From Chiloscyllium plagiosum (lineage: Eukaryota): a DNA stretch of 64,000 nt. Position numbers and translations under genes: made by a program. The notes under the pieces are model-generated. The model searched no databases. It worked only from the letters and a program-made list of their open reading frames with translations, and was not told where the DNA came from. The stretch lies in the NCBI RefSeq assembly GCF_004010195.1, contig NC_057732.1:37326991-37390990 (forward strand), in the 5' to 3' direction. Below, one piece after another: positions 1 through 12,118 of the stretch. How positions within the stretch are numbered: position 1 is the first letter of the stretch; every line of letters begins with the position of its first letter.

Positions 1-480
1 CTGTAGCCCAACACTTTAACTCCCCCTCCCACTCCCCCAAGGACATGCAGGTCCTTGGACTCCTCCATCGCCACACCATGGCAACACGACGGTTGGAGGA
101 AGACCGCCTCATCTTCTGCCTGGGAACCCTCCAACCACAAGGGATGAACTCAGATTTCTCCAGTTTCCTCATTTCTCCTCCACCCACCTTGTCTCAGTCA
201 AATCCCTCGAACTCAGCACCGCCTACCTAACCTGCACTCTTCTTCCTGACCTCTTCGCCCCCACCACACTCCGGCCTATCACCCTCACTTTGACCTCCCT
301 CCACCTATCGCATTTCCAACGCCCCTTTCCCAAGTCCCTCCTCCCTACCTTTTATCTTAGCCTGCTGGGCACACTTTCCTCATTCCTGAAGAAGGGCTTA
401 TGCCCGAAACATCGATTCTCCTGTTCCTTGGATGCTGCCTGACCTGCTGCGCTTTTCCAGCAACACATTTTCAGCTCTGA
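1..480 (+). mobile_element. Penelope-like element 3' fragment (GIY-YIG C-terminus, 3' region, hammerhead motif)
   Basis: VAQHFNSPSHS...RRLEEDRLIFCLGTLQPQGMN is typical of the end of a PLE GIY-YIG domain; hammerhead core at 386-413. Confidence 0.8.
386..413 (+). ncRNA. Minimal hammerhead ribozyme motif
   Basis: CTGAAGA-A-GGGC-ttat-GCCC-GAAA-C-ATC; stems I and III are weak. Confidence 0.6.
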
Positions 481-778
481 TTCCTTTCAGTTGCCTGGCA
501 TTTTAAAAAACAAGTACTGAGACTAATTATATTACTGTAAATACCAGCTGGTTTAGATCAGAGGACTCAATTCAAGTTTAAAGTTTGTGTTTTACAGATC
601 TGCACATCTCCCTTAAACATTGCCGAGCTGATGAGGAACATGTGTGTGTATTGTGCTGCTGTTGAGTCTCTATGTAACCTGATCCACATTCCATACAGCT
701 CTGATGTGCAGCTTGAAGTAGCAGAGACGTGGCAGTTCTGAGAAAGAAGTTAAAAATCTTCAGTCATGAGTAGAAGAG

Positions 779-868
779 GGCTCGTTGGTCTAGGGGCATG
801 ATTCTCGCTTAGGGGAAATTACCAGTCTAAGCTGCGAGAGGTCCCGGGTTCAAATCCCGGACGAGCCC
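779..868 (+). tRNA. tRNA-Pro(AGG) with 18-nt intron (815-832)
   Basis: Removing 815-832 leaves 72 nt that match the vertebrate tRNA-Pro consensus except C at position 20. Anticodon AGG at 811-813, intact A/B boxes and acceptor stem. Confidence 0.93.
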
Positions 869-870
869 TG

Positions 871-876
871 TTTTTT
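871..876 (+). terminator. Pol III terminator (T6) of tRNA-Pro
   Basis: TTTTTT two nucleotides after the discriminator base. Confidence 0.8.
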
Positions 877-1099
877 GGTCGAATGATAGAAATAAATAAT
901 CAGGACTTCAAATTTTTGAATGATCCTCCAACAACCAGAATAGTTTATTTTCTGTTTAGAGATCACAGCCTTAGCTTTAACCCATTTGTTAGTTTTTTTG
1001 TCCTTTCTCGCACATTTGACTTTCACTGAACCATGTCTATGCATTAAATTTTCTATCAGCTGTATGGTTTACTTGTGGAAGGCATTATAAACCAAGTCC

Positions 1100-1460
1100 A
1101 ATCCTGCTTAATTGTGGATTCAAGTCCCACAGAGGAATATCATTTGACCTAATGTTCCCAGTGCAGGACTAATGGTGTCAGTCCTGTCGGAAGTGCCATC
1201 TGAGACATCATATCGAAACTCTATCAAATAGATGTGAAAGATCCCATGACACCACTGTAGAAGAGAAGTGGAGTTCTTCATGTGCCTTGGACTAGCTTGA
1301 TCTCCTCACAGCACTGCTAGTACAGATAATCTGGTCATTTATCTTATTTCTGTTTGTTGGAGATAAAGCAGCTGTTGAACGTCTATGTTATACCAGTGAC
1401 CAAACTCAAAAGAATTTTTTTAGCTGTAAAGAGCTTTTGGCTGCCCTGAGGCTGCGTTTT
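1100..1460 (+). mobile_element. Old Deu-domain/SacSINE-like SINE remnant
   Basis: Box-B-like ggattcaagtccc and a 3' motif gctgtaaagagcttttgg..ctgagg. A similar remnant lies at about 2280-2850. Confidence 0.4.
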
Positions 1461-1485
1461 ATATATATATATATATATATATATA
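1460..1485. repeat. (TA)n microsatellite
   Basis: Seen directly. Confidence 0.9.
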
Positions 1486-2487
1486 CATGCATTTTCTTTT
1501 CTTTTACATTAATATCTATATGCACACCCTTTCTATTAGAGGATACCAGATATCAAGTGGGATCTGGACATCTGGCTAAGGTTCATCTAAGGAAAGTCTT
1601 CCCAACTGAGACCAGTTAATGCAACACAGGCCATGGTACCAGAACAAGGAGAACAGTTTCTAGTGGCAGATGAACCTGAAATAAAAGGATGCAGATTGAA
1701 GTTAATTGACATAACAACCAAAACAACCTTTACATAATGAGGTTAGGATTTCAAAGGTTCTGCCTAAAGGAGTGGCAGAAGAAAATTCAATTCCACCTTT
1801 CAAAAGGGCACTTAATCAATCCTTAAAGAGAAAATATTCGCAGGGCTATGGGGAAAAATCAGGGGAGTAGGCAAGGGTTCAGTGGGCTGAGTGCACTCCA
1901 TTTTTTCTGTGTTGTATAATTGTAATGTGAAGCCAGAAAAGCCTGATAGTACAATGAGAAGCATCCCCATCACTGAGTCAAAATCTTCAGGATCATGTCC
2001 CTTTCAAGGACTTAATGGCTTCAGAAAGTGGGTTCACGATGTAGCCAAGCTGGCTGGTTCTTAATCTGCAAATCTTCCTGATAAGCCAATGTCAGACAAC
2101 AGGAGTGAGAAAGTAGAATCATATTGTAACTGAAGCACACTGGCACTAAAAGATGTCCAGGTTCAGACCTTGGGCTGTACTCTGTGGCAATTTTCCTCTT
2201 GGTTCACAGGGTTACCAGCAGAAGAACACCGAACTGTTAGATCTAAAATCCAGTACTGGACAATCAGAGAAACAATTAGCACAACTCAGTTGGTAATACT
2301 TCTGTTCCCAAATCATAAAGTTCAAGCTCCACTTCAACACAATCATTAAGGCTAATGCCCCATGGATCTGGTATCTTTCAGATATGATGTTAAACTGAGG
2401 GTTTTGTGGAATCTAACAAGTTCCTCGTGATATTTTGAAGAAAACCAAAGGAAAGCTATTTCTGGTCAGTAGTCATCTCTCAATATA

Positions 2488-2706
2488 CAGGTTGTTCTGC
2501 TATAATGCATGTTTTGTTAATGTGAATTCATTGTAACATGATTGACAAATTGGGGACTCTGTTTCTAAAGCACGACCTTTTAATACTTGTGTTGACTGTA
2601 CCACGATTACATCGCCAACACTTTAAGTGTTGTTTCTAAAGCGCAATTTTTCTATGATGTGGGGTTAGACAAGAATGCAATGATTGTATTATGGAAGAAT
2701 TACCTG
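2488..2706. mobile_element. Tc1/mariner(pogo/Tigger)-type MITE
   Basis: TA|CAGGTTGTTCTGCTATAATGC...GTATTATGGAAGAATTACCTG|TA imperfect TIRs with TA TSD. Second copy at 63088-63303. Confidence 0.7.
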
Positions 2707-3214
2707 TACATCTCAAAAACAGATTATTTAGTCATTACTATTTGAGGAGAGCTTATTGTGCACAAAATTGAGTACTGTGTTTCCTAACAACGGTGATGAC
2801 TTTCAAAAGTACTTCATTGGCTGTGAAGTACTTTGAAATGTCTGGTGTTTTTTCAAAACCGCAACAATACACCACCATGTTCACATGCCAACATTTCTAA
2901 CTCAGGTCAGCTACAGCTCTCTAGATAAGCTTATCTTTTTCTGTGACTTACTATCTACAATCCCTTTGTGTGGCAATCCATTTTTCCCTCTATATGTGCT
3001 CATTCCTTCTGCCACCTCCTCCCCCACAACACTCAAATATCATCAGCAGACATCTTCTCCTAACCACTTCTGGTTCTGAAGGATCACAGGTCTTGAAATG
3101 TTAACTCTGTTTTCTCTCCCCAGAAGCTGTCAGACCTGCTGAGTTTCTCCAGCAATTTCTGTTTTGTTTGTTTCAGATCTCCATTTCCTGAGTTCTTTGT
3201 TTTATTTTAAAAAT

Positions 3215-4240
3215 AAATGGATCTTTCTCCCAAATGGCAAGCAGTGACGAGTGGGGTACCGCAGGGATTAGTGCTAGGACCTCAGTGATTCCCAATATTT
3301 GTTAGTGATTTAGATGAGGGAACTAAATGTAATATCTGCAAATTTGCAGATGACACAAAGCTGGGTGGGGAGGCTGAGCTGTGAGGAGGATACAGAGATG
3401 CCGCAGTGTCATTTGGACAAGCTGAGTGGGCAAATGTATGGCAGATGCAGCATAATGTGAATAAATATGAGGTTATCCGCTTTAGTAGAAAGAACAGGAA
3501 GGCAGATTATTACCTGAATGGTTACAGAGAGAGGAGAGGTGCAACAAGACCTGGTTAACCTTGTACACACTCGCTGAAAGTAAGCATGCAGGTGCAGCAG
3601 TCAGTCAAGAGGACAAATGGTGTTTTTATTTATGCAGTGAAAGGATTCAAGTACAAGAGCCGAGATGTCTTGCTGCAATTATACTGGGCCTTGATGAGAC
3701 CATATCTGAAATATGATGTGCAGTTTTGATCTCTTTACATGAGGAAGAATGATCTTGCTATGACGGAGTGCAACAAAGGTTTAGCAGACTGATTCCTGAG
3801 ATTGCGGGATGAATGTATGAGGAGAGGTTGAATCGATTAGGATTATATTCGCTGGAGTTCAAAGGAATGAATGGGGATCTCATGAAAACAAATAAAATTC
3901 TAATAAGACAAGACAGAGTGGATGCTGAAGGATGTTTCTAATGGATGAAGAGTGCAGAACTTAGACCAACAGATAAAGATATGGACTAAACCCTTTAGGA
4001 TTGAGATAAGGAGAAATTTCTTCACCCAGATTTGCAGTCAAAAGTACAGAAAGCAGTTGAGGCTAACACATTGAATGAATTCAAGAAGGAGTTGGATATA
4101 GCATTTGCGGCTAAAAGGATGAAAGGACTTGGGGGTAAAACAGGAACAGACTGTTGAGTTGGATGATTAGCCATGATCCTAAAGGATCGCCAGGCATTCT
4201 CTTAAGTCCAAATGGTCTACTCCTGTTCCTATTTTCTTTG
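3215..4240 (+). mobile_element. CR1 LINE 3' fragment (RT)
   Basis: SGVPQGLVLGP and ICKFADDTKLG motifs, degenerate. Confidence 0.85.
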
Positions 4241-5034
4241 TTAAAGTTATACACTTGTCTTCCCATTCACCTGCAAGTTATTCAACAAAAAATTTTAAAA
4301 GTGCTTTCATTATGAAGACTACAATAAAGATAAAAATTTAAACACATACTGGATGTGTGAATTTTAGCTCAAGTAAATCAAAAAGATCAAGATGAAGTAT
4401 AAATGTGAGAGTCTTGCTTAATGGACTCTTTTATAGGACAGCTGTAACAGACAGTGACAATAATTGCAAATACAGCAGAATGTAAGTATAGGTAGTAGAT
4501 AACTTAGATGTTCATATTAAATTATTTTTCTTTCCTGGATGCATTTTCTGTTTGTTTCATGTTTGTTGAGGGATAAATATTGACTGGAACCACAAAGTAA
4601 GTGTTGTATAAATGTTTCAAATGAAACATTTAATTCAGAAGTTATCTGAAATTCTGCCTATTCTGGTATAGAACAAAGCCATTGGATGGAGCATCAGGCA
4701 ATTCCGGTTAGTTGTAATCGAAGACAGTCATGTCATTTGCTCCTTATGTGTCCATCAGTATAATAAAACCTGCAAATAGTTAATAAGATGTAATAAACTT
4801 TATATTGTTACTAAAGACATGAGCAACCTCCTCTGAGACATACAGCCACAAAGACCAATGCTAAAGAAGGATTGGTGGCAGCTACCCAGTACAGGATCAC
4901 TATTATGACATGCTGGCAGACACTGTTTTGTGCAAAGACCTAAAAAAAATCAGCAATGAAAAGAACTCAGAAAAATCTGAAGGAAACAGGACAGAGAAAA
5001 TTGTGTAAAAATTGAGTTACTATTTTAAGGGCTT

Positions 5035-5600
5035 ACACCTTCTAAGAAAGGAACGCCAGTCAGCAGCATTTAAACAGATTTGCGACAGCACAGGCTTATG
5101 GAAGCTGAAGCAGCTTGAATACAAAGGCAGGAATGTAATGCTAGAAATGTAGAAACATTGGCTAGGCCACATCTGGTCTTGGTGTATAGTTCTGGTCATC
5201 ACATTACAGGAAGGACATAATTGCTTTAGAGGAGATTTACAAGAATGCTCCCAAGACTTATAAATTGCAGGTAAAATGAAAGATTGTATCGGTTTGAATT
5301 GTTTTCCTTGGAATACAGGTGTTTGAGGGGTGATTTAATTGAGTTGTACAAAATAATGAAGGCCTTGGATAGAGTGGACAGAGAAAACTGGTTTCTCCCA
5401 GCAGAGAGGTCAATTACCAGGGTTACAAATTTAAGGTGATAGAAGGATTAGAAAGGATATGAGGTAAAACTTTTTCACTCAGAGGTTAGTAGGTGTCTGG
5501 ATTTTGCTGACTAATTGGTGGTTGAGTGGGAAACCTCAATTCATTTAAAAGGAATCTGCACTTGAAACACTGCAGGGATGCAAAAAGGCAACCAGAACTG
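5035..5600 (+). mobile_element. CR1 LINE 3' fragment, degenerate
   Basis: Similarity to CR1 ORF2 C-terminal region (RGDLIELYKIMK). Confidence 0.65.
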
Positions 5601-6619
5601 GGGAGACAAGCCAAGAAAAAGTTACTGTGGAACACAGATAATTCCCATGTAGGCAATAGATGAGCAGATTTAGTCAGGAATCTCCAAGGTCCAAGTGGAT
5701 ATCCAACCTCCAGCAATATGTTAGATTTCTAAGAGACGAGGGTAGCAAATTACCTGAAAGATGCAAAAGCCCAGACTGAGAAGTTGCAAAAACAGAATGG
5801 GATACTTAGCAGTGAAATGAGCATTGTTGCAGTTGCAAATAGACATCATAAGATGTAGTGGCGTAATTTAAAATGGGGCTTTGTTTTGAATTTAGGAATA
5901 TTAGAAACAAATTTAACATAGTAAATCTACTCCAGAAGAAGGTTAAGACCAGTAAGGCATTTCAGAGGCAAGGGAAGTTGTTTTATAAATTGTAGTATTT
6001 AATTGGGAAAGGGCATGATCCCACCACTTTGTCAGAGGTAATAAGGTGTCAATCATCCCAATACAAAAAAGGGGCCAAATTCTCTGTTTTGTTTTAAAAA
6101 AGGAAACTTAACAGGATGAAACAATTAAGATGGAAATCCGTCATTTTAATTCCTAAAATTGGAGACATTATGATAATATTGCAGAAAAAGTATTTAATGG
6201 ATTTTATAAGCTTTGAAAGCTTTTTTCTCAACTAAAGGCTTTGCTAGAAGAATATTGCTACAGTACAGAATTTCAAAACTTTAAACAATTTGAAAAATAC
6301 AAGTGCTCTACAAGAAATTTCAGAGCTGAACACTGTAAATTAGTACAGAATAACCACAAAATAAAATGTAAAGCTTTATTAGAAGGATTTTTTTACATAA
6401 TTAACAAAGACTGACAAACAAAGAAAAAACCTGCAAGGATACTAGCCAGTTTTACTGTTATGCAAAGTAAAACTGTATCCAGAATACAAGATAAGCTTCT
6501 AGAATATCACTTTGAAACAACATTATAATTACTGTACACAATTTAGACTGCTTTCAAAATAGTAGGATTGATCAACACATTAAAGAGAAATGGAAAAAAG
6601 CATACTAATTATTGGCAGA

Positions 6620-7130
6620 TTCAACATCAGAGATGGTCTGAAAAGAATACAATATTGGAATTCATAGAAAAACCTAAGATACTGGAATGCTTCAATATTG
6701 AATACCAAATCAGAAGCAGAACAAGTTAATAGACTATTATATTGAAAAGGTTCTAAAGCTGATGATATTTTAAATTTCCAATAAATAAAAAAAGAGCAGA
6801 CGCTTTTGGCATTACAAAAAGTTTTTTACAATTACTTTAACTTAAGAACAAATAGAAGAGTTCAACATCCAGGAAAAATATTCGTTAATAATCTAAATAT
6901 GTTAGTTGAAGCCTGTGAATATGGAGCCTTGCAGTCATAGGAGACAAAGAATTAATAGGAGACAGAAATTGAAATTTCTTATCAGTTTTTATCCGATCTT
7001 TTACAGTCTAAGATTTAACTTTGGACAAAACTATCCAAATCATCCAGAAGCAGAGACCAAGAACAGTAACAGACAAATCCTGAGTGGAAAAGGATAACCT
7101 TACTACAGACGAGCAACAGAACTTATTAAC
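6620..7130 (+). mobile_element. Degenerate Ty3/Gypsy gag remnant
   Basis: Manual translation: KSEAEQVNRLLY*KGSKADDIL...FVNNLNMLVEACEYGAL...ELIGDR...LSDLLQS..DLTLDKTIQ, with stops and frameshifts. Confidence 0.6.
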
Positions 7131-8089
7131 TTCATAGGATACAAACACTCTCAACAAATAAATGACAAGCCAAAATAAAAAATAAGCAAAATATCAGATA
7201 CCAAGAGCCTGAACTATGGTAAGATTTGTGGTTGAATCAGGTGAGAAATCTGGCAAAGTCTATCTCCACGTGGACAGCATCTTTCATTCATTTGTTCAGC
7301 AGCAAGGAGGGTTCCAGTTAAGTAGCAGCATATTGCCTAGTAAGGGGGTTTACAGCTTGTTAAACACCTTATTAATGCTGCAACTCACCTCATTAACATT
7401 CAGCTTCCCTATCTTACCAAAAGCACCAAACAAGCTCGGCATTGACAATTTGAAATGGAAGTCTACTTGGTGATTTCAGCTCACCACTGGCTACAAGGAG
7501 CCTTCATGTGGCTCAGCACCAAACAGCATTTCAGAGCACAATCCAAGAGTACCAGCCATGAGTACCTCTTGCCCAAGGACATAGGTGTCTGACATTTATC
7601 AACTTGTCATGACCATCATGGCACCTGTCCAATCCACTTACAGGCTACTTAGAAAGCAATAACTTGCATTACAGGACATATTGGCAACTAGCGTTGAAAG
7701 GCTGCTATAAGGGCAAAGTCCATAGCAACAGAAACCCAATTCACGATTGGACCAGACTGCTTACTTGCTTTCTTAACACTCACTAGCTTACCTGATGAAT
7801 GTTAGGACCCTGAGAAGCACTTCTGAGATCAAAGGGATCTTTGTTTGTATATCCACCAGTCCCTAAAGTTAGCGAGAGAGGTAGATGATGAGTTCGGAAG
7901 GCAAATGGGAAACATGCCTTCATTAGCCAAGACATAGAGTTTAAAAGGTGATGCTGGAACTGTATAAAACCTTGATAAAGCTATAGTAAACTATTATGTG
8001 CAATCTACATTACAGAAGGGATGTAATTGCATTGGAGAAGATCTACCATAATGCTGGAGAGTTTTAGTTATCAAGAGAGATTGGATTAG

Positions 8090-9105
8090 CGAATTTTGAG
8101 AAGATTTGTAGTTCAAGTTGAGGTTCTGGATGTAGGTTTGATCACTGATCTGGAAGATTCATTTCCAGACATTTCGTCACCATACTAGGTAACACCTTCA
8201 GTGGACCTCCAGGCAAAGATTCCTGCTTTCTATTTATATGTTTGGGTTTCTTTGGGTTGGTAATGTTATCTCCTGTGGTGATGCATTTCCTGTTCTTTTC
8301 CTCAGAGGGTGGTAGATGGGGTCTAACTCAATGTGTTTGTTGATAGAATTCTGGTTGGAATGCCATGCTTCTAGGAATTCTCGCATGTGTCTCTGTTTGG
8401 CTTGTCCTAGGATGGATGTGTTGTCCTAGTCAAAGTGGTGTGTGATACTAGTGGGAGAGGGTCATATTAGATTAGATTACTTACAGTGTGGAAACAGGCC
8501 CTTCGGCCCAACAAGTCCACACCGACCCACCTAAATGCAATCCACCCAGACCCATTACCCTACACCTAACACTACGGGCAATTTAGCATGGCCAATTCAC
8601 CTAACCTGCACATTTTTGGACTGTGGGAGGAAACTGGAGCACCCGGAGGAAACCCACGCAGACACAGGGAGAATGTGCAAACTCCACACAGTCAGTTGCC
8701 TGTGGCGGGAATTGAACCCGGGTCTCTGGCGCTGTGAGGCAGCAGTGCTGACCACTGTGCCACCGTGCTGCCCTTGTTTTGTGGCTAGTGGATGTTCATG
8801 TATCCTGGTGGCTAGTCTTCTGCCTGTTTGTTCAATGCAGTGTTTGTTATAGTTATTGCACGGTATTTTGTAAATGATATTAGTTTTGCTTGTTGTCCGT
8901 ATAGAGTCTTTCAGGTTCTTAGCTGCTGTTTTAGTGTGTTGGTAGGTCTGTGGGCCACCATGATGCCAAGGGGTCTGAGTAGTCTGGCAGTCATTTCTGA
9001 GATGTCTTTGATGTGGGGGAGAGTGGCTAGGGTTTCTGGACGTGTTTTGTCTGCTTGGGTTTGTGGCTGAGAAATCGGCGGACTGTGTTCATTGGGTATC
9101 CATTT
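8090..9105 (-). mobile_element. Penelope-like element (second family), GIY-YIG region, interrupted by an HE1 SINE and itself inserted in a CR1 fragment
   Basis: Minus strand TLPHIKDISEMTARLLRPLGI...TNIIYKIPC...QTGRRLATRIHEH...EFLEAWHS. Degenerate hammerhead at 8165-8204. CR1 sequence flanks it at about 7790-8090 and 9110-9290. Confidence 0.8.
8466..8773 (-). mobile_element. HE1-type tRNA-derived V-SINE
   Basis: tRNA-like head, V-domain (gtgtggagtttgcac..tctgcgtgggtttcctccgggtgctcc), (CTAAT)n tail. Confidence 0.9.
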
Positions 9106-9890
9106 TTTTCAAAAGGAATAGCAGCCGTCAGAACATTCAAGAAGTATTTAGATGTGCACTTGCAATGCCAAGACATAGAAGGCTATGTGCCAACTGCTGA
9201 AAAATGGGATTAGAATAGTTAGGTGGTTCTTTTTGACTGGGGCAGACTCAACAAGCTGAAGAGCCCTTTTCTACATGGTAGATGTCTGTGACTTGATGAA
9301 AGTTACCTGGAGGCTCACAGCATCCTTGCCTATTAATGCAGTCACAAGGCAGCAGTCCCCAGTCAAGGGAGCGGACATCTTGCTCCATTAATCTACATGC
9401 CAAATGCATATGCAGCATGTAGCCATGTCTGAAAGTGCTCACTGCAATCCAGGAAGACACCTGTCAAGTGTTCCAACATAGAATGTTAAGGGCAGCCTCC
9501 AGTATCAATTCACAGGATTGGTCCTGGTCAGGTGTACAATCAGGAGGTCCATGCCTAAGCAGTCCAGGAAGTCAGTATCAGTCCTGTGGTTCCATAGTGG
9601 ACAGTCCAAGGGTAGGTCTAACACAGTTTGGGATATGCTCAGGCATCAATCAGGGGTCTGGGCACTTCTTGTCTGTGTGGTTTGGTTAGGTCACTTGAGC
9701 AGGTAGACCACAATAGGTCAGCTGGGTCTGTCCACAGAAACAATGGAAAAAAAGAGATGGGGAGGTTGTTGGGGGGAGGTTACGCTGTAGACGTTACTGC
9801 AGGAAAACCCTTAGGAACTTATTCTTCATGGTTGGGGTTGTGGGTTTGGATGGAAAGGGGTATGAAAAGCGTGAAGCTTGGAAGATATGG

Positions 9891-10191
9891 ATTTAGATCA
9901 GAGCTGGAAAAGCACAGCAGGTCAAGCAGCATCTGAGGAGCAGGAAAATCGACGTTTTGGGCAAAAGCCTTTCATCAGCAATAGGGCTAACACAGTTTGG
10001 GATATGCACAGGCATCAGTCAGGGGTCTGGGCACTTCTCATCTGGGTGGTTTGGTTGGGCCCTATTCCTGATGAAGGGCTTTTGCCCAAAAAGTCGATTT
10101 TCCTGCTCCTCGGATACTGCCTGACCTGCTGTGCTTTCCAGCACCACTCTGATCTAAACTCTGGTTTCCAGCATCTGCAGTCCTCACTTTT
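9891..10191. mobile_element. Inverted pair of short PLE fragments enclosing a captured 80-bp local sequence
   Basis: Arms 9891-9977(-) and 10064-10191(+); 15-bp TSD gctt(g/a)gaagatatgg at 9876-9890 and 10192-10206. Confidence 0.75.
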
Positions 10192-12024
10192 GCTTAGAAG
10201 ATATGGTACTTGTGCATGCTCTCATCTCAAAGGTCAAGGAGGTGGCCTCTTTACACCATGGAGGTGGTGGACACCTTGTTGGTACCTGCAAAACAAAAGA
10301 GTGAGGTGTTACACCAGTGGTTAGTGTGTAATGAATGAGATTGACTCAGTTGGCAGGTCACAGATGTCTCAGAACCTCCACAGGAGCGGTCCCAGTCCTC
10401 TGCTACGAGGGCCAGGACTCTCAATATAGGGGCTGAGGAGGTGAATGCTGGGCACACTTCCTACCCACCCTTCACCCCCCACACCACAACCCCGCCCCTT
10501 TCTACTCAGTCATGTCTTCGCTTGTATTGAAAGGTGGGGATTGAGTGAGCTGAAAGTAGGTGACATGACTGTTAGAGCTAGTGTAGATGGTGGAAAGATC
10601 ATGATGTTCAGGAGTCAGAATGCTTCCCAGAAGCTGATAAGAGTTAGCAGTGTGGGGAGTTTGGGGGAGATGAGAGAGTGAGGGAAGGTGTTGAAGGCAA
10701 TAATGGGAGTGGCAGAGCATGAGCCTTGGATGATGGTGAGTGCAGTAACAGAGAGAAGAGTGCAGGATTTATCCTAGCAGAGTGGATGACGATGACCTTT
10801 TCATGGCACTGCGAGCTGTCCCTTTGTACTACTGAAATGGCACTTACCTGATTGGCAGCCTCAAATCAGGTTGCCAGGGTCTGGTGTTGTGGCCTCCTCT
10901 GATAGTGAGTAAATGACACATCCCTTCTTCACACCACCCCCGACACCCCAACATGTTCAGGGCTTTGTTGGAGAATTATAGTACCATCCTCCCCTCCTCT
11001 AGCATGTCAGAATTTGTCCATTAACAAACAGGGCAACTTCAGAATGCCTATGCTATCCAGGTAAACAGTGGCCTTTTAAATATAGCACGTGTACCAAGAA
11101 TGTGATTCACTACAATAGGATTTACTGTGTACAATAGTTGCCTTAACTGGTCCAAGGGTATGGATACAATCAACAAGAATGGTATGGTTGCCCAGGAGTG
11201 GTAATTCAGCAATGATCATAGATTGTCTGTACATCAAAGACAGTTGAATGGAGAAAACTTAGTAATCCTTGTCTCACTGCATAACCATCATTCCTTAATG
11301 CTTCAGTAGGATGAATAAATAAGGAACATTATGATGCAAACAGTTCATGGACCATTCAAAATGATGATCAATCTGCCAATCTTCCAAGTCTGAAATAAAC
11401 ACATTCTGGAAGAATTATCAAACAGGTTGCTTAAATTTGTGAGTCAGATACTTGGAAGGAAAAGGAGTAGTATTAAATGTAATATTCTTGTTTGTATCAC
11501 TGTATATTAGATTAACTAAGGGGGAAAAAGAAACTTGGGACTTAGGAGGGATGGGGAGATGCTGTACAAAGTAATAAATGTGAAAGAGTTAATCCAGGAG
11601 TTAAACTGAAGCTCTACTTCATTGATATATAACACAGTCACTGCACTGGGTAGTGCATTAGATAATGGTTGTTGGAAACAGGCAAGTCTTTTACTCCTCA
11701 TGTGTTACTGAGTGCAGCATAACTTGTATGTAGAAAATTAGATGTAATAAACTTGTGGATTTTTGGCATTTCTTCTGAATTATCCTGAGTTCAAGATGAA
11801 AAGTTTTGACAAAAGGTCTTTTCTCATCAAAACTCAATTTTCAGATGGAACGTGGTGAATAGGCAGCACTTCGGGACATTCTGGGAGATGTGATGAAATG
11901 CTAAATAACTAAGGTTTTTTTCTCTTTAAAAGTTGACTTCCCTCAGTCTATCCCTGCAGAGACTACTGATGCCAAACAGTGTCTAAGTAATTTGAGCCTC
12001 TCTCCCTCTGTTCAGGCTGGGGGT

Positions 12025-12118
12025 GCAGAGACGTGGCAGTTTTCAGAAAGGAGTGATAAACATCTGGCAACACACAGTACTACATACCTTAGTTTAGGAG
12101 TATGGTTCTTGCTGAAGG
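12025..12118 (+). pseudogene. Decayed duplicate of the tRNA-Pro 5' flank and 5' half
   Basis: 12025-12041 is identical to 721-737. 12089-12113 matches 785-809 at 19/25 (all transitions) at the same offset of 11304. Confidence 0.55.

Noticed and set aside
10200-11050. Possible Harbinger Myb/SANT ORF remnant on the minus strand
   Set aside because: Only faint motif resemblance (QCHEKV); too degenerate to support.
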